In this document: in pieces, positions 26,088 to 39,491 of the stretch
How positions within the stretch are numbered: the first letter of the stretch is position 1
How the letters are laid out: each line of letters opens with the position of its first letter
Source: Sphyrna mokarran
Taxonomy: Eukaryota
Assembly: GCA_024679065.1 (NCBI GenBank)
Contig: JAGIQG010000013.1
Span: 23,994,001 to 24,058,000, forward strand
Direction: 5' to 3'
DNA: 64,000 nt
Program-made: the position numbers and the translations under genes
Notes under the pieces: generated by a model
The model's input: the letters and a program-made list of their open reading frames with translations, nothing else
Databases searched by the model: none
What the model was told of the DNA's origin: nothing

Positions 26088-26765
26088 TTTTGATTTGATT
26101 TATTATTGTCATTTATATTGGGAAACAGTGAAAAGTATTGTTTCTTGAGTGCTATACAGACAAAGCATACTATTTGTAGAGTACACAGGGGAGAAGGAAA
26201 GGAGAAAATGCAGAATATAGTGATGAATTTTCCCATTCCACCCACCAGGAGAATCATATCAGGTGAGGGGTGGACCATGGAAAAATCCGTTGTCCTTGAC
26301 TAGAATTTTTTGGTTTCGGGATGACTGTGGCTGGAACATCCCACCCAAGGCCAGTTACCAGTAAGCTGAACAGAAAGATCAGTGTAATGTGTGATAGGTC
26401 CATTCAAAAGTCTAATGGCAACACGGGAGAAGCTGTTCTTAAGTCAGTTGCTATGTGTTTTCGGGTTTTTGTAATCTTTTTCCCAATGTAACAATAAGGA
26501 AGAGAGTATGTCTGGGGTGCATAGGGTCGTTGATATAGTGGCTGCTTTCCTAGGCAGGGGAAATATAGATAAAGTCAATGGATGGGAGGTTGGTTTGCAT
26601 GATGGTCTGGGCTACGTTCACAACTCTTTGTAGCTTCTTATGTCTTGGTTACAGTAGAAGCCTCCGGAGAGGATGCTTTCTATGAATCATTTATAAAAAT
26701 TGGTGAGAGTCGTAGTCGATGTGCCGAATTTCCTTCACCTTCTGAGAAAGTAGAGGCGCTGGTGG
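26088..26765 (-). mobile_element. Rex1-Babar LINE 3' fragment with a ~128-bp MITE inserted at 26220-26347
   Basis: TTTGATTTGATT tail; antisense remnant reading RLYFLRR.RKFG.STTTLTNFYK..IESIL near 26665-26760. Confidence 0.8.
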
Positions 26766-26767
26766 CT

Positions 26768-27110
26768 GTAGAATCATAAAATCCCTACAGTGTAGGAGGA
26801 GACCATTCAACCATTCTAGTCTGCACTAACAACAGTCCCATCTAGGCCCTATCCCCACACCCCACACATTCACCCTGCTAATCCTTCTAACCTGCACATC
26901 CTAGGACACTGAAGATCAACTTAGCATGGCCAATGCACCTAACCCACACATCTTTGGACTGTGGGAGAAAACTGGAGCACCCACAGAAAACTCACACAGG
27001 CAAGCGGAGAATGTGCAAACTCTACACAAACAGTGATCCAAGCTGGGAATCAAACCTGGCTCCCCGGAGCTGTGAGGCAGCAGTGCTAGCCACTGTGCCA
27101 CCGTGCCATC
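26768..27110 (-). mobile_element. V-SINE type A
   Basis: Full head-core-tail on the minus strand. Confidence 0.88.
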
Positions 27111-28739
27111 CCCCACCTACTTTAAAAAGTATCTGTAGCGAGTGTCAGGAGATAGGTTGGACTGGTAACCCAGGTCCAAGGACAGTTAAGGTGAAGCATT
27201 TCACTAAACATTTTCAAAATATTAAAATATACCCTGTAGTTAATCATGACTTAGGACACAGCATCTGCTCAATAATTTCAGCAGAGTAGAACCAACTACT
27301 CCTTCACTCAAATCAAACCAATTGCTGCAAGGTGGTCTAAAATAAGTTTGGCAACTGTCTCATATATTTATCTCTTTTTCTGCAGAAAAATGAGTGTAAC
27401 AAGTGGCAATTTGTATTAGCATGTATTTACCTTGTTATTTTGCATTTTATGTACATGTATGGACATTCATTGCACATGGATTGAACGGACTAAGATACAG
27501 TTCTGGTTATTACTACCAAACAAATTAATATTTATACTTTTGTACTGGTATTAAAGTTTGATGTGCCATTCCATCTTAAAAGTACAAATACATTTTTTAA
27601 AAAATGCCATGTTTCCAGAATACCAGTGACTTCCACAGTCTAAACTTGTCAAAGGACCTGATCCACAATCGAGTTTAGATTATATTCTCACCAAAGTAAA
27701 TATCCTGCAGTTCACCAATTGCCTGCATGTTGTGTTTATTGCACTCTCTATTTGTATGAAGGGAAATGCTTGAATGCATTTAAATTGATCTTCTGGAACT
27801 GATCTCCATGTTGTTAACCGATTACGGAGAGGGCAGCATTCCCAGTTGAATAAATTGAAAATGGTCCGGAAAGAACATTTTCCTGAGTAGCATTTGGCAG
27901 CACGATAGTTTTATATTACTTAAATAATATTGTTTGCATTTTCATATCACTTTATCATGTCCAAATATTTCAAAGCACATTGTACATTATTTCTTGAATT
28001 GCATTTATGCCTGTTATGTGTGTAATTGTATCAGCATTTATGTAGTAATATAACTCAAAAATAAAACTTCTGCAGCTTTGAACTGTGACAGTGTCCAACG
28101 CTCCCAGGTAAGGAATGAATAGAACTGGATTCAGTGCACAGTTATCATTATTGATAATCCTTTATACCATAACACCAGTCTAATCTCCTTGATGGCCCCA
28201 TCGTACCCAGCTCAATATTTATATATGTAATATTCAATCCTCTTCTTAGCCAAATATTTGTTAAGCAATTTAATTGACACTTCATTCACCAGTATTGACA
28301 GGAATCTAGTCCATACAATGAATTATTATTTAATCTATATTATTTAATCGAGAAACATTTCTAATTCCTTGCTGTAATTCAATGCACTGTTCCAAAATTG
28401 AATGTTGCCATTTTCTATTCCAATTTTGCTGACTGAATTAAATAACTTGTTTACATCTCAACAATTGTTGCATTTCATCATTTTAAGACTCACTTGTTGT
28501 TATCTTTCAGTGTAAGCTACTCCCCTTTTGTGTCTCCCTCTTGATCCCAGGCAGGATAGGTGACAAATCCAATCACTACATTTCCTTCCCGTTATGTTCC
28601 TTGAATATTTACTGCAGCAAACTATGTACGCTAAAGGAAATGTGCAGCTTCTCAATAATTGCAGCTAAAATCAGCATTTTTTTCCTCATAGACCTCATTA
28701 CTTTGAATGTGTGTTGATGAGTGACAGGAACATAGTGCC

Positions 28740-30060
28740 TAGAAATGGTTCCACAATATACAGTCTGACGCCAGGACAGCCAGGCTATTCCCATGGTGAA
28801 GAGGAGCTGAAGATACTTCTAATGTTGCTGGCAAAGGGAACAGTGTTTAACCATATTCTCAATGTCATTGCATAATCCTGGCCACCATACATAATTACAT
28901 GCTAACATCTTCATCCTTGACTTTCCTGCATGTATGCTGTGGAACTCTGCAAAGAGTAACTCTTTGCTCTGGGAAGGGACAATAACTCTGAACACTGCAG
29001 CAGGATTCCATTCTGGCAATTCAGTTCAGTACTTCTGAAATAAAGCTTAACATTTTAAAAGTTTATTTATTAGAGTCACAAGTATGTTTCCATTAACACT
29101 GCAATGAAGTTACTGTGACAATCTCCCAGTCGCCACACTGGTGCCTGTTAGGGCACACTAAGGGAGAATTTAACATGGCCATTGCACCTAACCAGCACGT
29201 CTTCTGGACTGTGGGAAGAAACTGGAGCACCCAGAGGAAATGCACACAGGCACGGGGAGAACGTGTTGACTCTGCATAGGCAATGACCCAAGCCAGGAAT
29301 TGAACCTTGACCCCTGAAGGGAAGCAGATGATTAGACACAAATGTATTTGGCCAGCCTCATAAAACAAAATTGTTAACTATTAATTGACAGTACTAGGTC
29401 TTTGCTTGTCCAATTCTTGATCTGTTTAATGCATGCAGTGATGAACTCAAGAAACACCTTGTGTTCAGTGCAGACTTGATGGGCTGAAGGGCCTCTTTCT
29501 GCACTGTAGGGTTCTATGGTTCCATGAAACAGCTGCATTGGCAAGTCTGCCTGGCAACAGAAAAGGATTAAAACCACTTGCATTGGCGATATGCCAGCCA
29601 GTGTAGCACATGAATGTGTGCTCATAAGCTGATAGTATCTGGACCCAAGCACACTGAAGCTATAGGTCTAACTTATAGGTCTATGACTCTATGACTTTGC
29701 TACTCTGTCTGACTGCCAGTTTACAGTCATCATATAGATGTATGTTCTCGTCATACTTTACAACAGGGACGATGGTTGCGGCTCACTCATAAACAGGATA
29801 AATTATTCCCAAGTTTCCCAATTTGCACAACCTTTCTTCCACTTTTTCCCTTAGGGAGAAGACACCAGCCTGGCCTTGAAGAAATATGATGTTGTTGGGG
29901 GTCAACATGCATTTTAGCTTCCATGCCCTTCAGTTTTTCCAATTCATCATGAAAAACACTGTCACATTTCTTCTTGAGCTCCAGAATTCCTTTGGACTTC
30001 AAAAGGAATATTTCTGATCAGTCTAATTTTATTTTTTGCAGCCAATCTCAACCTAAAGGT
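28740..30060 (-). mobile_element. Decayed Ty3/Gypsy LTR retrotransposon pol relic, split by SINEs
   Basis: Integrase zinc-binding HHCC remnant RVIVP...FHSIHAGKSRMKMLACNYVWWPGL..DIENMVKHCSLCQQH (28819-29019); RT N-terminal remnant E*AATIVPVVK at ~29700-29790 and VFHDELEKLKGMEAKMHVDP. Confidence 0.85.
29058..29312 (-). mobile_element. V-SINE type B
   Basis: Reverse-complement type B tail and core. Confidence 0.85.
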
Positions 30061-30061
30061 A

Positions 30062-32080
30062 TCCAAAGTGGATAAAGGGATACCTGCTGATGTGTTGTAT
30101 TTGGATTTCCAGAAGGTGTGTGACGAGTTACCTCACAAAAGGTACTGTCATAGGACAAGAGTGTGTGGTGTTGGCAGTAGTATATTGCCATGAATAGAGA
30201 ATTGGCTAATGATCAGGGGATAAAGGGGTTCTTTTTCAAGTTGGTGAACTGTTACCAGTGAGGTTCCATAGGGATCAATGCTTATTCTTCAACTATTTAC
30301 AATATATATTAATGACTTGGACAAAGGTAGCCAAATTTGCAGATGATACAGAAGGCAAACTGTGAGAGGGATACAAACAGTTCACAAAGAGATACTGATA
30401 GGTTATGTAAATGGACAAAAAGTTGGCAAATGGAGTATAATGTGAGAAAACGTGAACGTGTTCATTTTGGAAGGGAGGACAAAAGAAGAGTGCATTATTT
30501 AAATTTAGAAAAACTGCAGAAAGTGAAAGCTGTGATACAAAAGAACTTGGGGGTTCTTGTGCACAAAACACAGAAAGCTAGCACGCAGGTGCAGCAGATA
30601 ACCAGGAAGGCTAATAGAATGTTGGCGCTTACATCAAGTAGAGTGGAGTATAGGAGAAGTCTGCAACTGTACAAGGTACTGGTGAGACCACATTTGGAGT
30701 ACTGTGAGCAGTTTTGGTCCTCTCATTGAAGGAAAATTATTATTTCATTGGAGGTGGTTCAGGGCAGGCTCACTAGCTCTTCCTTGATATAGAGGAATTG
30801 TGCTATGAGGAAAGGCCAAACAGATTGGAACTCTGAACATTGGAATTTAGAAGAATGAAAAGTGATTCAGTTGAAACATATTGAATTCTTAAGGGGATTA
30901 ACAGAGTAAATGTTGAGAGAATGTTTTCCTTCCTAGAGAGCCTTGTATCAGAGAGCATAGCCTCAGAATAGGGGGTGCCAATTTAAGAATGAAATGAGGA
31001 GGAATTCCTTCTCTCAGAGGGTTGTGAATCTTTGGAACTCTTTGCCAAAGAGAGAGGACAAAATCTTTGTGCTCCATTTTATCATTTTGATTCTAAATGC
31101 TGGATCGACTTGAAAATGGGAGTGTTTCAGATCCGACTTTTACACCCGTTCTCAGGCACCCACATATGCACTCTACCTGCAAAAATATCAGTGATTCTGA
31201 ATTTTGCTGCACACGCCTGTGGGTGGGGCTTAACACGCCCAAAACCCTGCAGCTCCGATCAGCACCCCCAACTGCGCACGCGCAGAAAAGAAAATGATAG
31301 CACGCTGCTCCACAGCCATATACCTCCTGGATAATGCCTCACCCTGGCCCTCACAGACATTGCCCCACCTCCACAACATTATTGATCCCTTTATCCCCCC
31401 ACCATCCCTGCCAGCCAGCGGATCCCCTTTCCCGCCACTGATCTCAGGCAGCGGACCCACCTTCCACACCTCCCGTTGATCTCAAGCAGAGAGTCGTCAG
31501 GTCCTTCTTCCCTGCCATTGTCCTCCCCCAACACCCCCTCCCCCGCACTACCAATCTCAAACAGGGAGCTGTCAGATGCTTGGCACTTACCTCCTCACTA
31601 ACTCTCACTGATGGAGCACCTGAATCAGACTTACATGGAGCATATCTGTTTCGTGCCATTTCCGGATTGGCGAAGGGGGAAGTGCCGGTCAGGTTGGGCG
31701 TGCAACTCATTCAGTCAATTTAATGCACTTAAATGGGGCTGTTGCGCCCATTTCGAGTGCGGTCTTGATCATGGTCATTTTTTGGCCTTGGTAAAGGGGG
31801 AAACTGGCATGGAGGGGGACATGGCTCGTGCTACTCACCTCACGCCCGACTTTACCAAGTTTTCGCACCACAGAATGGAAGCAACGTGATGGTAAAACTG
31901 GGCCCTTTGTATACGTTTAAGACTGAGATAGATAGATTTTGATCAGTAAGGGGATGAAGAGTTATGGGGAAAGGCAGTAAAATGGGTGTGAAGAATGTTG
32001 GATCAGCCATGATCCTATTGAGTGGCAGAGCAGGGTCAATGGGCCGAATGGCCTACTTCTGTACTTATTTCTTATAATCC
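30062..32080 (+). mobile_element. Decayed CR1 LINE (RT to 3' tail), interrupted by a MITE
   Basis: KVDKGIPADVLYLDFQK, KFADD, LYKVLVRPHLEYCEQFWS; resumes after 31908 and ends atgggccgaatggcctacttctg. Confidence 0.88.
31069..31905. mobile_element. ~840-bp Harbinger-like MITE, copy 2, nested in CR1
   Basis: TIR gtgctccattttatcat / atggtaaaactgggccc; TTT on both flanks (3-bp TSD); removing it restores the CR1 sequence. Confidence 0.82.
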
Positions 32081-34517
32081 ATTGATCATATGGCTCAGTC
32101 TGCAGCCTGCCTATCCTTTTCCAATAACTTACCCACATTTTTCAAGCTGGAGAGGATCCTGGTGATTGTGGGCCTTTTGTTTTTTCATAAAAGCTTTTAA
32201 AACTTATACAACTGCAGAAATTCTTGTCCAGATGATCTTAGATGTTTTTTGCAGGACCTTGCTGTTTTCAAATTTTGTAGCACTCACAGCAACTGGGGCA
32301 CAAGTATGCAACATAAGTTAGATTTATCCCATCCTCGGCACCAGAATAATAACTTGAGGTAGGGGCAGATTTGCTGCAGTTAAACTTAACTTCTGTTGAG
32401 AACACTTCTGGCATTGCTTAGATGCTTCTTGCCACCTTCCATAGTGACTAACACGGCTGCCTCAGAGCACCAGGGATTCAGCCCTATCCCACTCGCAGCT
32501 AATTAAGAACACCCCTTGTGTAATATCCCTGCAGGACAATCGGATCTGTGGTTGGCAAAGCTGACCAGCTTTCAGGTCGGGTGGAGGGCTGGGGAGAGGG
32601 ACAGGTAATCTTCCCCCATCATAAAATCCATCCTCTAGAGTCATTTGTGGCATAGAAGGGGATCATTCAGCCCATTGAATACCTGCAGACTCAGCAATCC
32701 AATCAGTCAACTCCTCTGCTCAATTCCTGTAGCCCTGCATATTTATTTCTTTTCCTTTTGAAAACATTGTTATTTCCCACTTCCAACATGCTGGGGGTGG
32801 GGGGGGGGGGGGGGTGCAGCAAGTTCCTGATGATTACCCCGCATGAAAAAGTTCTTCCTCACTTTCCCCTGCATCTCAAGCGCAAATTCTTAAATCAAGT
32901 CCTACCAACAGTGGGTCAACTAGCCTACTTCCGTCTTACAACCATTCCACAACCCTAATGAGAACTTTGTCCTGTCTATCTTATCAAAGTAAGAGGTCTG
33001 GCTGATAGTAAATCTGCTAGCTTTCGGCATTTGTGCCTTTGTCAGGCGAAAGAGGTGTTCTGGTCTCCAAAAGCACACATATCAGCACAGACAGTTTACA
33101 GATTGCTGATTAGAATGTGAATCCTTACACCTAACCTGCTATTCAAGTCTTAAAGTGGCTAACAAAGGAACACTGAGCACTGAGGTTACAGAGATGTGTA
33201 TTGTCTCCAGACAGCATAGTAAGTGAAGACTTTTGCTAACCCAGGCAAGTCATGGGGGTTACAGATAGTGTGACATGAAGCCAAGATCCCTGTTAAGACT
33301 GTCCTCATGTGTGCCATCTTATCAAAGCCTGTCATAATCTTCCATACCCCTTTCAAATATCCTCTCAAACTTCTTTGCTCCTCGAAGAAAAATCTTAGAG
33401 CCGTTCCAATCTAACTTTATAGCTAAACCCTCTCCTCCTATTCCTGGAACCATTTTACGTGATATCTTGTCAAACACTTATTTAGAATCCACAGAGACAA
33501 CATCCTCCACGTTCCCTTCATCAACATTATCTGTTACTTCATAAAAATAATCAATTGGATCAGTCAGTCACGTTCTGTTTTTTTTTACAAATCTATGCTG
33601 GCTTTCCTTAAAGCATTTGTAACAGTTAATATTTTCCCTAGTGATGGATTATCAAAACCTTATCCAGCCAATCGGCTCATGGAACCAGCCAATAAATAAC
33701 TGCTTGGATTCTTAAATCCTTTCTTGAATAAGGACAAATCTAATGACAACATTGTTAGAAACTACTTTATCTTCACTTTCTGGCAGTGGGGATCTAAAAT
33801 TCGGGTAACTATTGGTGTAAAATTGACAGAACTGTCCAAAGTTAGTGCTTTAAGTTGCTTTGCTGGATAGTCCCTAGTGCAGGGGAACTTGCAAAGGGAA
33901 GTTACTGTTTCTGGACAATTGTCGTGTAAAGCCTTACCTGGGGACTTCCAAGAGAGTTTCCCTGCATTTCTTTGGGGTAGCGCCCTCTCTAAATCTGATG
34001 CCGGGGAGCCTGGAAGTTAGGGACCAAATATATTTTTTTGGTTGTAAGCTTTGACGATTTTTTGTTCAATGTTATAGAATACCAGTTACTGACAGAAGGG
34101 AGACTACTGCCATCTACTGGATTATTCACAGATAATACAGTAGAAAACATTAAAGAATGAACTAATCCAGATTCTGAAAATTAGATTGCTTGGAAAGTGT
34201 CTGTGCTGGCTCAAGTTACATTATACTGGCTCAAGTTGTGAGGGCATGTTTTTCAATTCAAGATTCAAGCAATTTTGAAGATCACTAGTAATAATTGGTT
34301 TGGGACCATATAATCTACTCCATAAATCGTGCTGCCAATTGTAGAGTAAAAACTATTGAAATTATAGCACCTGTGTTTGCAACTGGTGTTATAATTTGGG
34401 AAACAATTAAGTGAGATTCTGAGGCATAATGCAGAATTCCCTGAAACTGCACTTAAAACAATCAAAAAATAAGGGGACATTTAGTCTATTATGGCTACAG
34501 AGCCGCTAACTCTACAT

Positions 34518-34740
34518 GATGGGTTGGTTTAGCTTGGTTGGCTGGACAACTGGTTCATGATGCCAACAACAGGGGTTCAATTCTTGCACTGGCTGTAGTT
34601 ATTCATCAAGGCCTACCTTCTCAATCTTGCTGCTTGCTTGAGGTGTGATGATCCTTAGGTTAAATCACCATCAGTTAGCTCATCCCCTCAAAAGTGAAAG
34701 CAACCTATGATCAACTGGGACAATGGTGACTATAATCTTA
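34518..34740 (+). mobile_element. tRNA-derived SINE of a further family
   Basis: A-box-like TTTAGCTTGGTTGG and B-box GGTTCAATTC; body unlike the other SINEs here. Confidence 0.5.
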
Positions 34741-36084
34741 CTACATGAGTTATGTAATATTAAAGATAGCTCAATAAAGGCTGATATTGTTCTTAAACTC
34801 CATGGTTCCCATATCCCCTCACTCCCTGAGAGACCAAAAATATGTCTGTCTCAGCCTTAAATATATTCAATTATAAACCCTCCCAAATTGAAAATTCTAA
34901 AGATTCATAATCCTTTGTATGAAGAAAATTTTCCTCATCTATGTGCAAAATGATTTGCCCCTTGTTCTAAGACTCAGCCGTGTTCTACACTATCCCAACC
35001 AGGGGGCATATCCTCTCATTGTCTGTTCAAGTTAATTCTTATATGTTTGAATGAGATTTCATCCTTCTAAATGCCAGAGATTATTGGCCCAATTTATTTA
35101 GTTTCTCATCAAGGACAATCCTTGCTGGAGTGCAGGGGTATGGAGTTGGGTGGGGAAAATGGTGGTGGGGGGGGGACATTTTGCTGTGAAGATAATATAT
35201 TTACAGTTGAAGACAATAGCAGCAATCTGTGTACTAACTGTGGATCAACTGTGAATCTCCAAATTCTCAGAAGTGTTGAGATTTTCAAGTTGTAAACAGA
35301 GAGGCTGTGGAATGTCAATTTACTTCCAATATAAAAGATAATTGGGTTTTCAAAAATAACTAATCAGTACTTTTACCTAGATACATGACCCATGTGATTC
35401 ATGTTGCCATGGTGACGGGATTTGAGATGGGAGGAAACCATTGGTAAGATCATTCTAAAACAACACTGAATAACAGAGACAGATGGGTTTGTTTGCCAGA
35501 ATCTGGGAGAAAGAGAGCAACAAGAGATCAAAATTCTGTACAGTTCTCCACGTGAGAATGTAGGTGAAAGCTTGTGGCTCAGATTAAAAAGACCAAATTA
35601 GTGAGGAGTTAAAATTAAGATAAAAAATTTGCCTAGAATGTGCTAGAGGGAGGATCTCCAGTATTATTCTTACTGTGAAACACAGTTCTGGAGCTCGAAG
35701 TTAGGCTGAGAAAGGAAGAGGGCAGCAGTAATCCCTTTTGAATTGATTCTGGAGGAATTACAAGTCTACAGAAAGGAAAGTGTAATGTATATCTGATTTC
35801 TTTAGTTGTGCTAAAAGTTATTTTCTATAGTTTAAAGTTTGAGTTGCTTACAACAGTAGTTTAATCAATTGTGCTTTTCATCTGTTTGTTACAGTAAACA
35901 TGTTAAAATGTGAAACTTTGTTGTGTCACTGGTTCAGTTAGTAACTAGAACTTCAAGTTTTTTTTAGAAGTTATCAATCTCCATAGGAATTGTAATTATT
36001 TGTTTTCTGACTTACTTGTTGTGCCTGTATGCCTTGTGTTCCTTGCAAAAGTATACCCAAGTCCCTCTGAACATCAACTGTTGA

Positions 36085-36390
36085 TGGCATGGTGGCCAGG
36101 GGCCAGGGGCCAGGGTTTGATTCCTGGCTTGGATCACTGTCCATGTGGAGTTTGCACGTTTTCTTCGTGTCTGTGTGGGTTTCCTCTGGGTGCTCCAGTT
36201 TTCTCCCACAGTTCAAAAGATGTGCTGGTTAGGTGCATTGGCCATGATAAGTTCTCCCTCAGTGCACCCGAACAGGTGCCAGAATGTGGTGACTAGGTGA
36301 CTTTCACCCTGTGAAAGTTATCGTGCAATGAAGTTACCATGAAAACCTCCTAGTAAACCTACTTGTGACCAATAAATAAACTTTAACTTT
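36085..36390 (+). mobile_element. V-SINE type B with an internally inverted tail segment
   Basis: Core intact; 36324-36354 is the reverse complement of the normal tail segment. Confidence 0.82.
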
Positions 36391-37088
36391 TGTCACAAGA
36401 TTATAGATAGTCACTTTGTAGTAGAGAGCTTGTGTACTGCTGAAAAATAGACATGCTGACAGCTTTTTGTCCTGCACACATTAGAATAATTCACAAGGAA
36501 CCAAATATCAAAAAGAACTACAATTTATACTGCAGAAGAATAGCAATGGCCTGAGTTTTCAGTTCATGAGTTCAATTACAGTTCCAGTCAATGGTAGCAT
36601 GTCTAGATCAGTGATTTCCAACCTGTGCCCCTGGCGTACCATGAGAAAGGTGCAAATGTGGCCGCTGGCATTTCTGTGTCTTTGTATCAACCCCAACCAC
36701 CATCACATGAAACCATGGATGCAGTCATGTCAATTCTTGTTCTCGTTCAGGGAGACATTAGAAATTCTCCTCATTCTCATTAAATAAGCATTTGAAAGGT
36801 GAAAGGGATGAAAACTGCAGTTTGCATTGTGAGACTGCAGGGTTTTGTTCAGGGGGTAGTTGTGACCCAACCTGGGGGAGGGGGAAGGGCAGAAGGGTAA
36901 CGGTAACTGGTGGTGCTGGGGGTTGATGGGACTGGCAGAGTTTGTTGCCGTGGAGCCAAAGGTGTCAGGGAAGTTGGCTAAATCCTCAAGAGAAAATACC
37001 CAGTGAGAAGATGCAGCTGCTCCTCTGCTGTCTGGGAGTCTTGATTGGCTAACTTTTACTTCGGGACTTTACAGGTGACAATTGGCCT

Positions 37089-37422
37089 TCATAGAATCCC
37101 TACACTGTAGAAGGAGGCCATTTGGCCCATCAAGTCTGCACCGACAACAATCGCACCCAGATCCCATTCCCTTAACTTCACATATTCACTCTATAATCCT
37201 TTCTAACCTACATATTCTTGAGACACTAAGGGGCAATTTAACATGGCCAATCCACATAACCCGCACATCTTTGGACTATGGGAAAAAACTGGAGCACCTG
37301 GAAGAAACCCATGTGTACACAGGCAGAATGTGCAAGGTGCACACAGAGAGTGACTCAAGCTGGGAATCGAACCCAGGTCTCTGTGAGGCAGCAGTGCTAA
37401 CCACTGTGGCACAGTGCTGCCC
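37089..37422 (-). mobile_element. V-SINE type A
   Basis: Full head-core-tail on the minus strand. Confidence 0.88.
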
Positions 37423-37834
37423 TATACAAGAGTCCAGGACAGAGAGCATATGGTGAATTAAAATCATCTATTCATTGAACATATATGAAATGTCCTTCCC
37501 CAGGGATTAGTGATTTAATAAGGTATGTATAGTTTAATTACAGTATACTCAAAATGGAAAGATGCCAAGGATTGTTTGGCGTACAACAGGGACATGTTAC
37601 AGAATGTAACACAAAATGATGCCGGTGTAAACCATATGTTATTAAAGGAGAGCAAATAAATCATGTGTATCTTTTTAGGACTGTGAAATTAAATTCATGT
37701 TTCATAATTACAAGCATCTACAACTCATTACAATGAACAAACTTTAGTGTTTGGATTTATCACTTAAATTGGTCAATGTAAAAAAGGCTCTTTTTGTATA
37801 GCATGGGCACTAGTTGCATTACAATGCAACAATA

Positions 37835-38362
37835 TAAGAACATAAGAACCAGGAGCAGGAGTAGGCCATCTGACCCCTTGAGCCTGCTCCACCATTCAAT
37901 AAGATCATGGCTGATCTTTTTGTGCAATCAGCTCCACTTACCCATCAGCTCACCATAACCCTTAATTTCTTTACTATTCAAAAATCTATCTATCCTTGTC
38001 TTAAAAACATTCAATGAGATAGCCTCAACTGCTTCACTGGGCAGGGAATTCCATAGATTCAGCCTTTTGTGTGAAGAAGTTCCTCCTCAATTAAATCCTA
38101 AATCTGCTTCCCCTTATTTTGAAGCTATGCCACTTAGTTCTAATTTCACCCACCAGTGGAAACAACTTCCCTGCTTCTACCTTCTCTATTCCTGTCATAA
38201 TCTTATAATGTTTCGATAAGATCGTCCCTCATTCTTCTGAATTCCAATGAGTATAGCTCCAGTCTACTCAGTCTCTTCATAAGCAAATCTTCTCAACTCT
38301 AGAATCAACCTAATGAATCTCATCTGCACCCTCTCCAGTGCCAGTACATCCTTTCTCAAGTA
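37835..38362 (-). mobile_element. CR1 LINE 3' fragment
   Basis: (ATAAGAAC)n tail, aggagcaggagtaggccat, then antisense ORF2 C-terminus. Confidence 0.85.
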
Positions 38363-38689
38363 ATATGTCTTTTTTTGTGTTTTCTTGTTGGCAATGATTT
38401 GTAATATAGCTTCACGTCTAACAACTATTATCATTTTATTTGTAATGAGAAAACCCTTTGCGGATTGCTGAATTACAGTACATCCTATGCCCCATCCCTT
38501 GTATGTGATTGGCCATTGTGAGGCTTATGACCAATCAGTTCAGCTGAAGGAAAGTGTGAGTCATGGAATTACTTGTCTCATTGAAGTGTGCCCTGTTACT
38601 AAAAAGGTTGCGAACCATTGGATCATCTTGATATTTTGACATGATGCAAATGACTATGGTTTTTTTGAATGGAAAATTAGCAGATATGC

Positions 38690-39110
38690 TAACAAGGCTG
38701 AATTAGCGCATGGACATGACATTGATATGCAAGTCTTGTATGTGATTGGATAGCACCTACTAAACAATCCTGATTGTGCTAACAATTACATTAACAACCA
38801 ATTTAAGATGATCATTTGGGCTTGCAGTATGACTCGTGTACATGTATTAGAGCTATAGATATTCACACAAATGCAGAGAGCCCTTACAAAAAAACAAGGT
38901 ACATGTTCACTGTGTTTTTCTCAACGAGACAAACACTTGGAGGGCAGCCATTCCCTTATTCATTTCCAAGGCAATGCTTTGACCAATCAGAATCAACCTG
39001 CCTAGTTTGAATGTAAACAAAAGCTTGGCAGTTTTATAACTTTATGATTAGTTCCCTGGTGCATTCGTCTTGGCAAAGCATCTATTAATCAACACCCTCT
39101 TCCCACTGCA
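38690..39110 (+). mobile_element. Penelope-like element, GIY-YIG C-terminal remnant and 3' region
   Basis: Manual translation from ~38743 gives VIG*HLLNNPDCANNYINNQFKMI, resembling the PLE endonuclease AIGQHL...FKII...LEA segment. Confidence 0.6.
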
Positions 39111-39366
39111 TTAAAGTGACTAATTTGAGTTTTGCTTAACCAATGTCTTGTTTCATCACTTCCTTGATATTCCAAATGCATCACATTTCATGGCACATCG
39201 AATGAGGTGACAAAAGGTTTGATATACCTTTGTTTACTTTGGCATAGGAGGAAAAGTGGAAGAGCCCTGTACAACCACGTTGTGCGAATTTAACATGATT
39301 ACACGGTATAGTATGATTTGGATTGTTCAAGAATGTGTTTTCTAATGAACAACGTTTGCAAAATAA

Positions 39367-39491
39367 TTGGAATTTTCCGACTGTGCTCCCCCAATGCCAG
39401 AAAATCGTGTCCGAGGTCAATGGCCCTTTCCATGGTCCGTGTCTCGCCTGTTATGATTCTTGTGGCAGGCGGGGTGGGAAAATTCCACCCT
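39367..39491. mobile_element. ~125-bp MITE, inverted homologue of 26220-26347
   Basis: TIR TGGAATTTTCC / GGAAAATTCCA; interior aligns with the reverse complement of 26220-26347. Confidence 0.7.

Larger units (their letters stand above)
36609..38620. mobile_element. hAT/Charlie-like non-autonomous DNA transposon with nested SINE and CR1
   Basis: TIR CAGTGATTTCCAACCT / AGGTTGCGAACCATTG; left flank GTCTAGAT fits the Charlie target consensus NTCTAGAN; right TSD not preserved. Confidence 0.55.

Noticed and set aside
32793-32815. Poly-G run as a functional G-quadruplex
   Set aside because: Simple homopolymer inside a decayed CR1 fragment; prone to slippage and sequencing error
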